From Octopus sinensis (Eukaryota), in NCBI RefSeq assembly GCF_006345805.1, contig NC_042997.1:184760001-184824000 (forward strand): DNA of 64,000 bases. The letters are read 5' to 3'. Positions 35,695 through 48,760 of the stretch are shown here, one piece after another (positions within the stretch are counted from its first letter, which is position 1; every line of letters begins with the position of its first letter). The notes beneath the pieces were generated by a model. That model was given only the letters and a program-made list of their open reading frames with translations, was not told the origin of the DNA and made no database searches. The position numbers and the translations under genes were made by a program.

Positions 35695-35996
35695 GTGGAG
35701 GCATATGGCCTAGTGGTTAGAGCAGCGGACTCGTGGTCGAGGGATCGCGAGTTCCAATTTCAGACTGGGCGATGTGAGTGTTTATGAGCGAAACCCCTAA
35801 GCTCCACACGGCTCCGGTAATGGCGAACTTCTGCTGACTCTTTCGTCACAACTTTCTCTCACTCATTCCTCCTGCATCTTGCAGCTCACCTGCGACGGAC
35901 CGGGGTCCCGTCCAGGTGGGGGAACCTGTACGCCAAGTAAACCGGGAAAGCGGCACTTATGAGCCAAGCATGGCTCGAGAAAGAACAAACAAAACA
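35695..35996 (+). mobile_element. SINE family C (tail type 1)
   Basis: Homologous to 3141-3443; 13-bp TSD ACTCYGACTATAC at 35682-35694 and 35997-36009. Confidence 0.9.
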
Positions 35997-36849
35997 ACTC
36001 CGACTATACATAGTTTTGCTCGTCCAGAGCTTCCACGTATCTAAACATCAGCGATGACGATTGCGACAGTGATATCAACAGTGGCAGCAGTGGCGACGGC
36101 GACGACGACGATTATGATGACAACGACGATGACAAGAATGACATACTGATTACCAGATATGCTTTAAAATATAGATCCGAAATTTTATCATTGCTGAAGT
36201 ATTGATTTCAAAATATGGTAATATTGAAGATGTTATTCGAAACATCGTGAAGAGACGCGAAAGAAATGATTCAATAAATACACGCTATTCTGACAATGAT
36301 ATGCACAGAAATATGAAGAAAATAAAAGCAAAAATAAAGATACGATATAAATTTAGCTCACATTTTGTGTTGTACACTCTATTATTAGCTCTAAGCTAAC
36401 ACTCTATAGTCTAGCCGAGGATTATAATTAATTGGATCGACTCCAGAACATATATGCTACTAATTTTATCGTTATCTCACTTATAGTCGAAATACATTTA
36501 TCTGCGAGATTAAGTCAGAATCAGAATTGCTATTTAAGCATTTATAAATTGCAAATTGCATTGCTTAGTTTTGTTTCATTGATTTCATTGATGGCGGTAC
36601 GAATATCAAAGAGAAAATGAAGTTTTATGAGACAATGCATTTAATATAAGTCGTACAATCGGAAAAAAGCAGAATACACAATGAATCATATGTGTACTAT
36701 GCAAGATAGATAGTGTAGCACAATCACGAGTCTAACAAAGAAATTACTCCACGGTATTTAGTTTCAACCCATTGCATTGTGAGGTCGAAATCGGGCCGAG
36801 ATCAAGTGTCATCCTACTGGGAACAGTAAATAAGTACTGAGGATGTTAT

Positions 36850-37505
36850 AATCCTTTCTATAATAGGTAAAAGTCCTGAAAATTTGGAGGCTAGTCGACA
36901 GTGCACAACTGGTACTTACGTTATCGACCACAAAGGATCACATAAGTTGGCTCCCTCGGAATTCGAATTGTAAGGAATAATAGCGACAGCCTCGGAATTC
37001 GAAATGTAAAGACGGACGAAATACCTATTTCTTTACTACCCACAAGGGGCTAAACACAGAGAGGACAAACAAGGACAGACAGACGGATTAAGTCGATTAC
37101 ATATACCCCAGTGCGTAACTGGTACTTATTTAATCGACCCCGAAAGGATGAACGGTAAAGTCGACCTCGGCGGAATTTGAACTCAGAACGTAGCGGCAGA
37201 CGAAATACCTATTTCTTTACTACCCACAAGGGGCTAAACACAGAGAGGACAAACAAGGACAGACAGACGGATTAAGTCGATTACATATACCCCAGTGCGT
37301 AACTGGTACTTATTTAATCGACCCCGAAAGGATGAAAGGTAAAGTCGACCTCGGCGGAATTTGAACTCAGAACGCAGCGGCGGACGAAATACCGCTAAGC
37401 ATTTCGCCCGGCGTGCTAACGTTTCTGCCAGCTCGCCGCCCTAACAGACGAAATACCACAGAGCATTTTGTTTGGTGTGCTAACGATTCTGTCAGCTCAC
37501 AGCCT
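36850..37505 (-). mobile_element. Young SINE B dimer nested in an old SINE B copy
   Basis: Near-identical units with 184-bp period (37024 and 37208); diverged head at 37445-37505 and diverged body at 36850-37023. Confidence 0.85.
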
Positions 37506-37992
37506 TATAGAAGTTGTTAAAATGATCTGCGTCCTACCAACAAATTTGCAGATTTGTTATTACTCCTAATTCTTTTTCAAAAGCAAATATATAAATTATC
37601 AGAATATAAAATAGCAAGATATATACAATGCAATCATCTTGTATCGAGTGTATTCACTCTAGGAACTACATGGGCAGGTAGTTAAATGCAATTGTTTTAT
37701 TTTCTTTTAATCCATGACGGTTACTGTTCACTTAATGAACATATATTCAAAGCATTCGTTGTGCAGTTAATTCACTAGACTTTTGCACCCATTAGTAAAA
37801 ATCCTTCATTTTCTTAATCACCGTTTGTGTGTAATCCAACAGAGATCCAGTTTTAAAAAGGAATGCTATTTAAAGTGAAATGAATGGGAGCTAAATACAA
37901 GAAAAGGAAGGAGAAAAAACAAAGAGGGCTGATTGTACATTTATCTTTTATTTTTGTATTTACTATTTTTCACGTAAAACTTAAGCTTTTAG

Positions 37993-38026
37993 AAAACATT
38001 TTTCTATAAAACAGGAAACATGGGAG
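37993..38026 (+). CDS. Candidate 34-nt exon (KHFSIKQETWE if entered in phase 2)
   Basis: Long U-rich tract plus CTTTTAG acceptor, GAG|GTTAGT donor; two of three frames open. Confidence 0.28.
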
Positions 38027-38959
38027 GTTAGTAAAAGCTGATAAAACTATTTCTCGCGGACAACGAACAGCACAAAGAAATTAATACTGTTTTCACTGCC
38101 TTTATATTTCCCGTTTCTTTAGCTTTGTCGTACTTTAGTCTTGTTCTTTTTCGTTTCTTTAGAGGTTAATGTAAACTGTCACATCCATGTAAAATGTGGG
38201 AATATGAGTAATGAGAAGAAAAGAAAAAATGATAAAAATATTATAACAGCTTAAGGATTATGCAAAGAGAGTATTTCTCGTATAAAACATTAAAAACAAG
38301 AGCAACAAAATATGTGTGTGTGTGTATGTATGTGTATGAAGAAATAATGATAAAAAAACAATCAGTAATGTGTGCTGCATCACGTAATCTCCTTAATTTG
38401 TAACACACAAGATAACATTACCACATGCAGTTGGAACAATGTGATGTTTTACAATTGTGTTTAAAGAAGTATGAAATATATGCCCCCTTGCGTTAGGCTA
38501 ATGCAGACTAAAGCCTTTGAATAATGCCGTACATATGTTTACCTGACCCCTGAATAACACTACAATTCATACCCCAACATTTATCAGTTGAAGTTTTGAT
38601 TATATTCTTAATGGGACATGTAAAGTTCCGTATTGTTTCGGGTTCAACCATTAAGCAATGATTCGAGAATTTAGATGTTTTGTTTCCAAATATAACATCT
38701 TTTTTATGTCGGCCGATAAATTTGTAGAATTTCTCTTAAAGATAAGCAGGAAATACGTTCATGTATACATACATGCATACATACATACATGCATACATAC
38801 ATAAATAAGTACATACATACAGACAGACACACAGACACTAACACGTTTACAGGTATGCACAAAAGCAGATGCAGGTGTGAATATATGAGCGTATAAAGGT
38901 GAAAAGACTTCGGAAACTCGATAGGGGTTCAAGATTCGACAAGATATATATATCAAATA

Positions 38960-39170
38960 AGGTGGCGAGCTGGCAGAAACGTTAGCACGCCGGGCGAAAT
39001 GCTTAGCGGTATTTCGTCTGCCGCTACGTTCTGAGTTCAGATTCCGCCGAGGTCGACTTTGCCTTTCATCCTTTCGGTATCGATAAATTAAGTACCAGTT
39101 TCGATTTAATCCGTTTGTCTGTCCTTGTTTGTCCCCTCTATGTTTAGCCCCTTGTGGGTAATAAAGACAT
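38960..39170 (+). mobile_element. SINE family B with 19-bp TSD
   Basis: TSD AAGATATRTATATCAAATA at 38941-38959 and 39171-39189. Confidence 0.92.
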
Positions 39171-39274
39171 AAGATATGTATATCAAATACCCCTCGTTGA
39201 GTAATTACTACATCCGAGATCCTGCTAGCTAGGAAACATGTAGTCTGGATCTTACCAGCTCCATTCCCTAAATT

Positions 39275-39277
39275 TAG

Positions 39278-39328
<51 letters not shown>

Positions 39329-39356
39329 AATCTATCAATCTATCTATCTATCTATC

Positions 39357-39398
<42 letters not shown>

Positions 39399-39412
39399 CC
39401 TATCTATCTATA
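39275..39412. repeat. (TCTA)n microsatellite
   Basis: Directly visible. Confidence 0.97.
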
Positions 39413-39686
39413 TACATATATAAATATATATATGTGTGTATGTATATATATATATATATATGTATACATATATCTCAACACCACCACACCATAAACCACC
39501 ATACCACACAACACCATACCACCACGCACACACTAGCACTGACCACTTCCCAGCCCCACACCATCATCCACAAACATATACATGCTTTCTTATACACACG
39601 CACACGCATGTTCGTTTTGGGATCACGACTACTTTATTATCTCCCCTTCTTTCTAGCTCTCCTGTGTGAGACCTCTGTCCGGCATT

Positions 39687-39879
39687 CGCCATGATAGATC
39701 GCTAGCCACTACACATTCTTTATTTTCTCTCCTTGTTTCTTTCTGTGTTCCTTTCTGTGGAAGAGCGTAGGCTCGAAACGTTAAAGACTTTTTCACTTCC
39801 CGAGCGTTAAACTAATACATCTGTTTGTTGTCTACACCACCTGTCCTTGTCTTTTGTTTTTTGGGGAAAAATCTCCCCT
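39687..39879 (+). repeat. Family H1 terminal repeat with hammerhead-like motif (39751-39786)
   Basis: CTTT-CTGTGGA-A-GAGC GTAG GCTC-GAAA-CGT-T-AAAG; followed by (TA)n. Confidence 0.75.
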
Positions 39880-39884
39880 ATATA

Positions 39885-40003
<119 letters not shown>

Positions 40004-40461
40004 TGCAGAAGCTGAAAAGTCTCTCGCTTTAAGAGTATTGCGAAAGGCCTGGCTAGGGGCCCAAACTTCCGAGTCCTTTTGCAGGGCTTAAACAGGAGGA
40101 TCGCTGCACTGAATGTGTGAATCTGAAAGGAGAACGTGCTGAATAAAATCATAATTTACCGATCCTCTTTTATTTACTGCTACCTAAAGCCAGGAACTTT
40201 TCTGCACCCTATCGTGTACACACACACACACGCACACACACAGACACAAATATATATGTTGTATATATATGTTCATCAAAAGTGACACACAAACACACGT
40301 AAACAAGAACGCACTCATATTTATCGTGATGAATCATATATTTTGACCTTTACACTCCTCTCAGTATGGAGTCAAGCAAACCCACTTTAAATATTATTCT
40401 ATTCTTTTTTTTATAGTTTTAAATTTGTAACCGTATTATACATACATACATACATACATAC

Positions 40462-40497
<36 letters not shown>

Positions 40498-40526
40498 TTA
40501 TGTGTGTGTGTGTGTGTGTGTGTGTG

Positions 40527-40561
<35 letters not shown>

Positions 40562-40670
40562 TGCGTGCGCGCATATTTGTGTTAGTTCCTTTCTACGAAG
40601 TAAGGAAAAGTTGACTGTGTACAGCATCTCCATTGGTGCACCACTCATTCAGTAACTACTATTTCCTAGA

Positions 40671-41515
40671 AAGGCGGCGAGTTGGCAGAAACGTTAGCAC
40701 GCCGGGCGAAATTCTTAGCGGTATTTCGTCTGCTGCTACGTTCTGAGTTCAAATTCCGCCAAGATCGACTTTGCCTTTCATCCTTTCGGAGTCGATTAAA
40801 TAAGTACCAGTTACGCACTGGGGTCGATATAATTGACTTAATCCGTTTGTCTGTCCTTGTTTGTCCCCTCTGTGTTTAGCCCCTTGTGGGTAATAAAGAA
40901 ATATATTATCTTTATCTTTTGAAGGCGGCGAGCTGGCAGAAACGTTAGCACGCCGGGCGAAATGCTTAGCGGTATTTCGTCTGCGTTACGTTGTGAGTTC
41001 AAATTCCGCCGAGGTCGACTTTGCCTTTCATCCTTTCGGGGTCGATAAATTAAGTACCAGTTACGCACTGGGGTCGATGTAATCGACTTAATACCTATGT
41101 CTGTCCTTGTTTGTCTCCTCTGTGTTTAGCCCCTTGTGGGTAATAAAGAGATAGGTATTTCGTCTGCTGCTACGTTCTGAGTTCAAATTCCACCAAGATC
41201 GATTTGCCTTTCATCCTTTCGGGGTCGATTAAATAAGTACCAGTTACGCACTGGGGTCGATATAATTGACTTAATCCGTTTGTGCTCTCTGTGTTTAGCC
41301 CCTTGTGGCAATAAAGAAATAAGAAACGTTAGTATGCCGGGCGAAATGCTTAGCAGTATTTCGTCTGTTTTTACGTTCTGAGTTCAAATTCCGCCGAGGT
41401 CGACGTTGTCTTTCATCCTTTCCTGGGGCTGGGGGTAGTTAAATTAAGCACCAGTTGTGTACTGGGGCCGAACTAATCGACTGGCCTCGTCCCCCAAAAT
41501 TTCGCGCCTTGTGAC
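40671..41515 (+). mobile_element. Cluster of four head-to-tail SINE B units
   Basis: Full units at about 40671 and 40921; headless units at 41153 (starts GGTATTTCGTC) and about 41321 (starts AGAAACGTTAG). Confidence 0.9.
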
Positions 41516-41815
41516 TAGTGTAGAAAAGAATTACTACTCCTGAAGTTCTGCTAGCTAGGAATCATATATAGCCTGGATTTTACCAGACCACATGCGTTTT
41601 ACCTATCTTTGGATTTTTATTCTCATACATAGCAACCCAAGTTGCTAACCGTGAACTATAAAATAACAATTTGCAGCTTCTCAAACTTCGATATTGGAAA
41701 AAATTTAATATCTTCTACTTCAATAAACCACGATTGATCCTGGAAGTTGCTTTTTATACCTTCTACGGTCCGCTCAAAGATTACCAACTTCCCACACCTG
41801 GATTCTTGGATCTTA

Positions 41816-42242
41816 TATTCTTTTATTCTTTTATCTGCTTCAGTCATTTGATTGCGGCCATGCTGGAGTACCGCCTTTAGTCGAGCAAATTGACCCCATG
41901 ACTTATTCTTTGTAAGCCTAGGACTTATTCTATCCGTCTTTCTTGCCGAACCAGTAAGTGACGGGGACGTAAACACACTAGCATCGGTTGTCAAACGATG
42001 TTGGAGGGACAAGCACAGACACACAAAATACACACATACACACACACACACACACATATCTATCTATCTATATATATATATATATACGACGGGCTTCTTT
42101 CAGTTTCCGTCTACCAAATCCACTCACAGTGATTTGGTTGGCCTGAGGCTATAGTAGAAGACACTTGCCCAAGGTGTCACGCAGTGGGACTGAACCCGGA
42201 ACCATGTGGTTGGAAAGCAAGCTACTTACCACACAGCCACTC
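41816..42242 (-). mobile_element. SINE family A
   Basis: Reverse complement of the full layout. Confidence 0.9.
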
Positions 42243-42256
42243 ATATGTATATATAT

Positions 42257-42288
<32 letters not shown>

Positions 42289-42416
42289 ATATATATATAT
42301 TATATATATATTATATATATATATATATTATATATATATATAATATATATACATATATATATATATATATAATATATATATATATACTCACTCATACATA
42401 TATGTGTGTGTGTGTG

Positions 42417-42490
42417 TTTCGCGCGTGTGTGTGTGTTTCGCGCGCGTGTGTGTGTGTTTCGCGCGCGTGTGTGTGTGTTTCGCGCGTGTG
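42417..42490. repeat. 19-21 bp CpG-rich minisatellite, four units of TTT(CG)n(TG)n
   Basis: Directly visible. Confidence 0.9.
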
Positions 42491-44024
42491 CATATGTGTT
42501 TTTGCGTTCGTGAGTATGTTGGTGCGCGGGCATGCGTGTGTGAGTGCACACGCATGTGTGTGAGTGTTTGTGTGTGTATGTGCAATAATAATCTTACTAT
42601 AAAAATATTTAACTAAATTATGGCGAGTCCTGTATGTTTGATATCTGGATGAGGTCGTTTTAATTTGCGACTATCGGAACTTAATCCCTAACTGAAATCA
42701 CGAACTATTTTAGAAGCGACGCCAAAAATACAATCTCATACTTGTCCGACAGCAGAACTGTTAAATTATAATATTAGAATCCGAGGAAAACGTTGACGGT
42801 CTATATTGATACATATCAATAATAGAAATCGCTCACCAAAATGAACATGGCAGATTGGCGTGTTAGTAGCATAATTAAGATATATCTTCCAAAATTAAAA
42901 CAAAAAAAACATATTTCTGTTGTTGCTAGGTAGCTGTCAATCAAGTTTAATTGAGCAGTTTCTTTGTTCGAAGGCATTCTTATCATGACTACTTAGTTTT
43001 CTTCTCTTATATGCAGGGAACTAGGTTCTGCCTGTACAAGACGCTGCGATACGCTTAAGGTGACATTGCTGCTATTTGTAGCACAGTGAATGACAAATAG
43101 AGGCTTCTCATAGCATCTAGCGTTGCTGGGATAGTAAATCAAACGTGTTTCTCAGTTTCATAACAAAAGAAACAATAGCGACAGCCTCGAAATAACGTGC
43201 AAAATTATTGCGAAATGATATGCATTTCACATCGATATTTCTATTTGGTTTGACGGGGAATCTCATACAAATAGCTTAGGTGATGTGGTGCGTGACATTC
43301 TTGAACTTCCCGTCTGTTTTATCAGTCTATCTGAAATGAAGTGGATTGGACCGGAGATTGAAACTGTATCAAACTGAACATTGCTAGAAGTTTGATTTAC
43401 AGCGACTTCCATATTTATTTCATAACCATTTTAAATGCAATTATTCCAAATGTTTAAAGACTCCCGCCACCTCAGATTAATAGTTTTCTTTAGAATCGTT
43501 ATCTTCCGTATGGTAATAAACTTGCTTTCGTTTCATTTTTTAATATCTATTTTCTGCAAGTAATTAGTATTTAATGGCCTTTAAAATATTTCTAATGTTT
43601 AATCTGTCTTTAAATGATTGTTATTTATGGCGGAAAAAACGGCGAATGGTTCTTTGCTTAAATCTCTCTTTCTCTCTTTCCATCGCATTTCCCACCCCGT
43701 TCCCACACTTTCTATTTATCTATCTGTAATTGCTTTTGATTCCTATTTTTATTTCTTTTGAAATGTGAATATTGCATGATTCGCTACAATAATATACCAT
43801 GGAATTTCACTTATCATTAATTTGTGTGCAAAAACAAAAAGATATAAATATAAAAACAACAAAGAAACACGAATGTGGCATAATAAAGAATTTTGTAACG
43901 CAGGCACGAAATTGAAAATTTGCGGGAAAAACAAAACAACAGAGAACTAGATCGATCTCTACTTGACTACTCATATTTGTCGACACCAAAATGATAAAAG
44001 GCTATCAAAATCAACCTTTATATA

Positions 44025-44071
<47 letters not shown>

Positions 44072-44652
44072 AATATGAAACATATATAAAACATAAAGGG
44101 AGATAATTCTAATAATGGATTTTTACTACATTCACCTTCAAGTTGTTTGCCTCAGTAAGATGCAAACAATACCTGTCAAAAGAACGTATAAATCCAGTGT
44201 AAGCTCAAGAAGTATCTAGTTATAACGTGCAGACTTAAAAATTTCGGTTTTGTATCTGGAGTGCTGTGAAACCAATAGGAGTTCTTAAACCATGTCTCTA
44301 GTAATTAGGTGGGCTGTTTGGGTAGCTCGGGAGTTAACCAGACTTCGGTGTTACAGAATGTCAACTTTGAAATGCACCTTAACAGCTTGTGATTGCTTGA
44401 AAGTGGCGATTTCTGAATGAGTTGATTCCGACAGTAGCCTATTCACCTGAAGACAGCATCAAAATGCAGCGAATGAGCTGCATCTGAGGTCCTCATTCCT
44501 TTTGATATAATATGTGAGATATAACATTATATAGTATATAATATATGAGAATGCATGTATAATAACCTTGAAAATAAAATTTGAAGCAATAAAACAGATC
44601 ACTTATATTTTACTTCAATTTTGATAAAAAATATCTACTCAAATATTTATAT

Positions 44653-44879
44653 ATTTCTTTATTGCCCACAAGGAACTATACATAGAGGGGACAAACAAGG
44701 ACAGACAAAGTCAATTTCATCGACCCAGTGCGTAACTGGTACTTTATTTATCGACCCCGAAAGGATAAAAGGCAAAGTCGACCTCGGCGGAATTTGAACT
44801 CACAACGTAACGACAGACGAAATACCGCTAAGCATTTCGCCCGGCGCGCTAACGTTTCTGCCAGCTCGCCGCCTTTTCC
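44653..44879 (-). mobile_element. SINE family B with 16-bp TSD
   Basis: TSD ACTCAAATATYTATAT at 44637-44652 and 44880-44895. Confidence 0.92.
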
Positions 44880-46094
44880 ACTCAAATATCTATATCTACT
44901 TAGTTGGTTTATATGTAGCGTGGAGTTGATAGTTAAGGAAGAGTTCACAATTGCTGAAGTAATTTTAAACAGAGTTGAAATATGGGGCATATACATCTAG
45001 CCTTCTGTTTCTGGCTGCAAAAATACTATGTATATAGACGTAATGTTAACATTCTTTGTATCACACAGTGTTGGCTAAAAGTTACTAGAAATGTTCAAAA
45101 GCAACGAAACGAAACACTGTTAATACACCAGTGATTTCATATTTCGACTTGCTGTTAAAAAATTGCTTCATTAGTAAAAGCCACTGATGTCAATGGGTTT
45201 AGGAGCAGTGCATTGGTGAATAGTTAAGAAAAGTGCACAGCTGCTGACGGAACCCGGATTAGAGCTGAAATAAATGAACATTACAGCTGTTCTTTCTTTT
45301 TCTGTCTGCGAACATATTGTGTCTGTAGACGAAATGCTTACATTCGTCGTAACGCTCACAAACACAGAGGCTTATGCTCGAAGATGGTAGTCTGGTAGCT
45401 TTCCAAGGCTGGCAAATCCAAATTGCCTATCCAGTTGCTAGAGACATGGTTAAAAAGAGCTAAGGGCTTCCTCACTTTAAGTGATCACACATTACGTCGG
45501 CGGTAGGAAAGTCGGACACTTAACAGTGGAAAAGCCGGACACTAACCATGGGGAAGATGGTTTAGTCACCGACGACCCAACCATGAAAAATACTGGACCG
45601 GAAACATTTGAGTAGTAGCTGCCATGGGCGATCAAACAGATGAAGTATTGATTTACTATAATTGAATTTTCCAGAAATGTTTTATTGCGCATTGTAATTA
45701 CAAATTAATATCTAAAAGAGGCAAATTACGAATACTAGATCTTGGCGCATCGCAAGCCATGTTGTCGTCTCCGATAATACAATGTACAACTACTCGTAAT
45801 TTTTGTGCTTAAAATATAAATATCATGCTTAGATTAAATATTTAATTTAAAAAAAAATAAATCCCGACCATTCTGAACAACTAGCGGCCCCTATAGCACC
45901 ATCTTTGATATGTATTTTACACGGGTGGAACCTCATGCTCATTCAATGTTTTAAAAAATCCTATTATCAAATTATTTTTGTGATTGAATATTATTATGAA
46001 ATGTATGAAAAAATAGTTAAAATATCTTATGTAATGTAGAAGTATAACCAGTTTATTGAACGAAACCTTATATGGAACCCCAAGAATCGTGTAG

Positions 46095-46350
46095 ACCCCG
46101 ATAAGAAAACTTCGGTTAGGGTGATACTGTTAATGCTCCAATTATAATGTTCTGAGTCAATAACTGGAGGAAAGATATGACAGAGACGACTCCAGGGGTG
46201 GTGAGCAGGGTATGAAGGATTGGGTATAGTAGTTAAAGTGACGAAAGTGCAGTTAAACGCACCAAAAGTACCAAGAGGTGTGGAGAGACGGGTGGGTCGG
46301 AGCTGGTTAAATAGTGAAGGTACGAAACCAGTTACCTTCGAGGAGCTCAT
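46095..46350 (-). mobile_element. Possible 3' end of a CR1/L2-group LINE
   Basis: LRPTRLST..WSRLCHIFPPVIDSEHYNWSINSI loosely matches LWNSLP..VFP..FK..IN C-termini. Confidence 0.35.
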
Positions 46351-47199
46351 TTGTTGCTCATTATGAGTTCACACCGCCTCGGATCGGGTGAATAAAGGAG
46401 TTAACCCCTTGAATCTTATTGATCAAAGCAATTGCAATAAGTAGCCGTATAGAGTCATTCAGGATGGTTGAATATTTTGTAAAATTAATTTCTTTTCCAA
46501 ATATATTAATAGCCTTAAGCGGCTCTAAGTACCTATCCTGGGAATCGAACGGAAATAACAGACTTGATAATCTCTAAGCATCTTCTCCCCCGCGTCCTTT
46601 GAGTATTAGGTAAGAGTTTATCGTTTCATGCCACACTATTTTTAGTGATGCGTATAGTTACCGTTGCCGACGTTAGACAAGGTAAAATATTTCCTGCGTG
46701 TTTCGGATGAAATTGTGTAGATAAATGAATGCCAAGCGCAATAGCAATGCATAATAATTTACTTGTAGAAGCTAGAACTAAGGGAGCGGAACAGACAAAG
46801 CAAATATGAAAAGATGTTCTGCTTAGGATAAGATTCACGCGTGTCTATATGCACGCACCCGCGCACACATATACATACATATGTATGTGTTAATGTTTAT
46901 CCATAAATATGTGTGTGTGCGTGTCTTTGTATCTGTGGATGCTTTATGTGTTTTTGCGAATGTATGTGTGTGTCTTCGTGTATCTGTAACTGCGTTTGCG
47001 CCTAGGTGTACGCGTATGTGTATGTATGTGTGTGTGTGTGTGTGTTTTTATTTAAGATGACATTAAGAAATTAGGGTGGCAAGGTCATCGGTGTAACACT
47101 AAAAGGTTAAATGCGGTATAAATTCCTAAATAATTGTTGATGTACAGAGATAAATATATTTAGACGTACATACATATATGTAACCATGTATGTACGTCT

Positions 47200-47454
47200 G
47201 TTTCAACTTACATATATCTATATGTGTGTGTGTGTTTCTCTCTGTGTCTCTGTGTACGTGTGTTTTTGCATAAATTTATATATATATATACACATATATA
47301 CACATATATACACATATATATACACATATATACACACACACATATATATATATATATAGGTGTGTGTGTCTGTATGTTAGTGTTTGTGTTTACGTGTGGG
47401 TGTACGTGTGCGTGTGTACATGTATCTACCACCACATTCATGAATATAACTAAT

Positions 47455-47531
<77 letters not shown>

Positions 47532-47627
47532 CATACATATATATAGACATATACATATATACATACGTACATAACCTTATATATAGTTATTTATACACAC
47601 ATATACGTATGTATATGTGTATGTATG

Positions 47628-47722
<95 letters not shown>

Positions 47723-47760
47723 GCATATACGTATGCACGTACACACACACATGTACACAG
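47200..47760. repeat. Compound (TG)/(TA)/(CA) microsatellite field
   Basis: Directly visible. Confidence 0.95.
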
Positions 47761-48484
47761 TCCCTTATTTCCTGTGCCTTTTAATCCACCGATCTCCACT
47801 TCCCATGCCACCGACGACTACAAGCACTCATGGCTATTTTCACAAGCATACAACAATGTTCAGAAAAATGTAGCTCGACACTCGACAGATATGAAGAATT
47901 CTTCTGAAGTGATTTAGCAGTTTCATAATACATTCAGATCTTTATCTTTGTATCCGGATATTTCGAAGAGTGGGAGAAAATGCTTCATACAAAAATCTGT
48001 TACGCGATCAACCTTTCTGGGAAAGAAACTAAAGAAATAGAATTCGAAAATTATGTAGGAGGCGGAAACAGTAGATTTCAAGACAAAAGGACGTTCAATA
48101 TTTTGTCTCTACTCATTCTCTATTGTCTCAACTCTCAACAGGAAAAAAAGTCATGAAATGGAGTCGGTCTCACCGATATTTTCTTGGTTAATGAGGGAGA
48201 AGTGAAAATACGTGACTTGTGGCGATTTTATGACCTCTCAAATGGATGAGATCAATATAGTTGTTGTTTAGCTCAACCGTCTGCAGCTTTATGACTATAG
48301 AAAAACGAAAGTGTCAAAGCAATTCCAGCTAACTAATAAAGAATGATTCAGAAAAATGGTTAATGCGGAATTTGGTCCTGTATGTGAAGAAGAGAAGCAC
48401 GTGTGTTAAGTGGGCCTAAATGAATAAAGAATATAGCTCTCCGAAGTTGAATTTCAACATATATTGTACTGTTTATAAAAAATA

Positions 48485-48760
48485 CAAAATTGGACAAGAA
48501 CGCAAAGCATCTAAACAGACGATACAAAAAACACGGACAGGTCATTCGAAGCCTTTAATCTTCAGTCAAGAACCGGATCATCCTCGCAATTTCGGCTGAT
48601 TAATCTTGAGGTTGCTCCAGCCTGGCCAGCCCCAAGGAGAAACTAAGCTAACAGAATTAGCTTCCTCGGAAAAAGGATCGAATGTGTACGAAACAAGGAC
48701 AGAAAAACGGACGATGTTACACGAATATAAATGCAAAAAAAACACAAAAAATAATACGAA
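48485..48760. repeat. Interspersed repeat (partial second copy at about 28305-28397)
   Basis: GGACAAGAACGCAAA.CATC..AGACGATACAAAAAA shared by both loci; contains the hairpin AAGCTAA-CAGAA-TTAGCTT. Confidence 0.6.

Noticed and set aside
40671-41515. Regularly repeated units resembling a CRISPR or satellite array
   Set aside because: Units are 170-230 bp SINE copies with no unique spacers, in a eukaryotic context.
44440-44495. CACCTGAAGACAGCATCAAAATGCAGCGAATG as a hammerhead
   Set aside because: Core present but no GAAA, and stems I and III cannot be formed.
46579-46615. AG|GTAAGA donor with upstream AG candidates
   Set aside because: The better acceptor gives stops in all frames and the alternative lacks a pyrimidine tract.
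48540-48575. CTGAAGA..TTCGAATGAC on the minus strand as a hammerhead
   Set aside because: GAAA is not matched (GAAT), stem II overlaps the core and no stem I is found.
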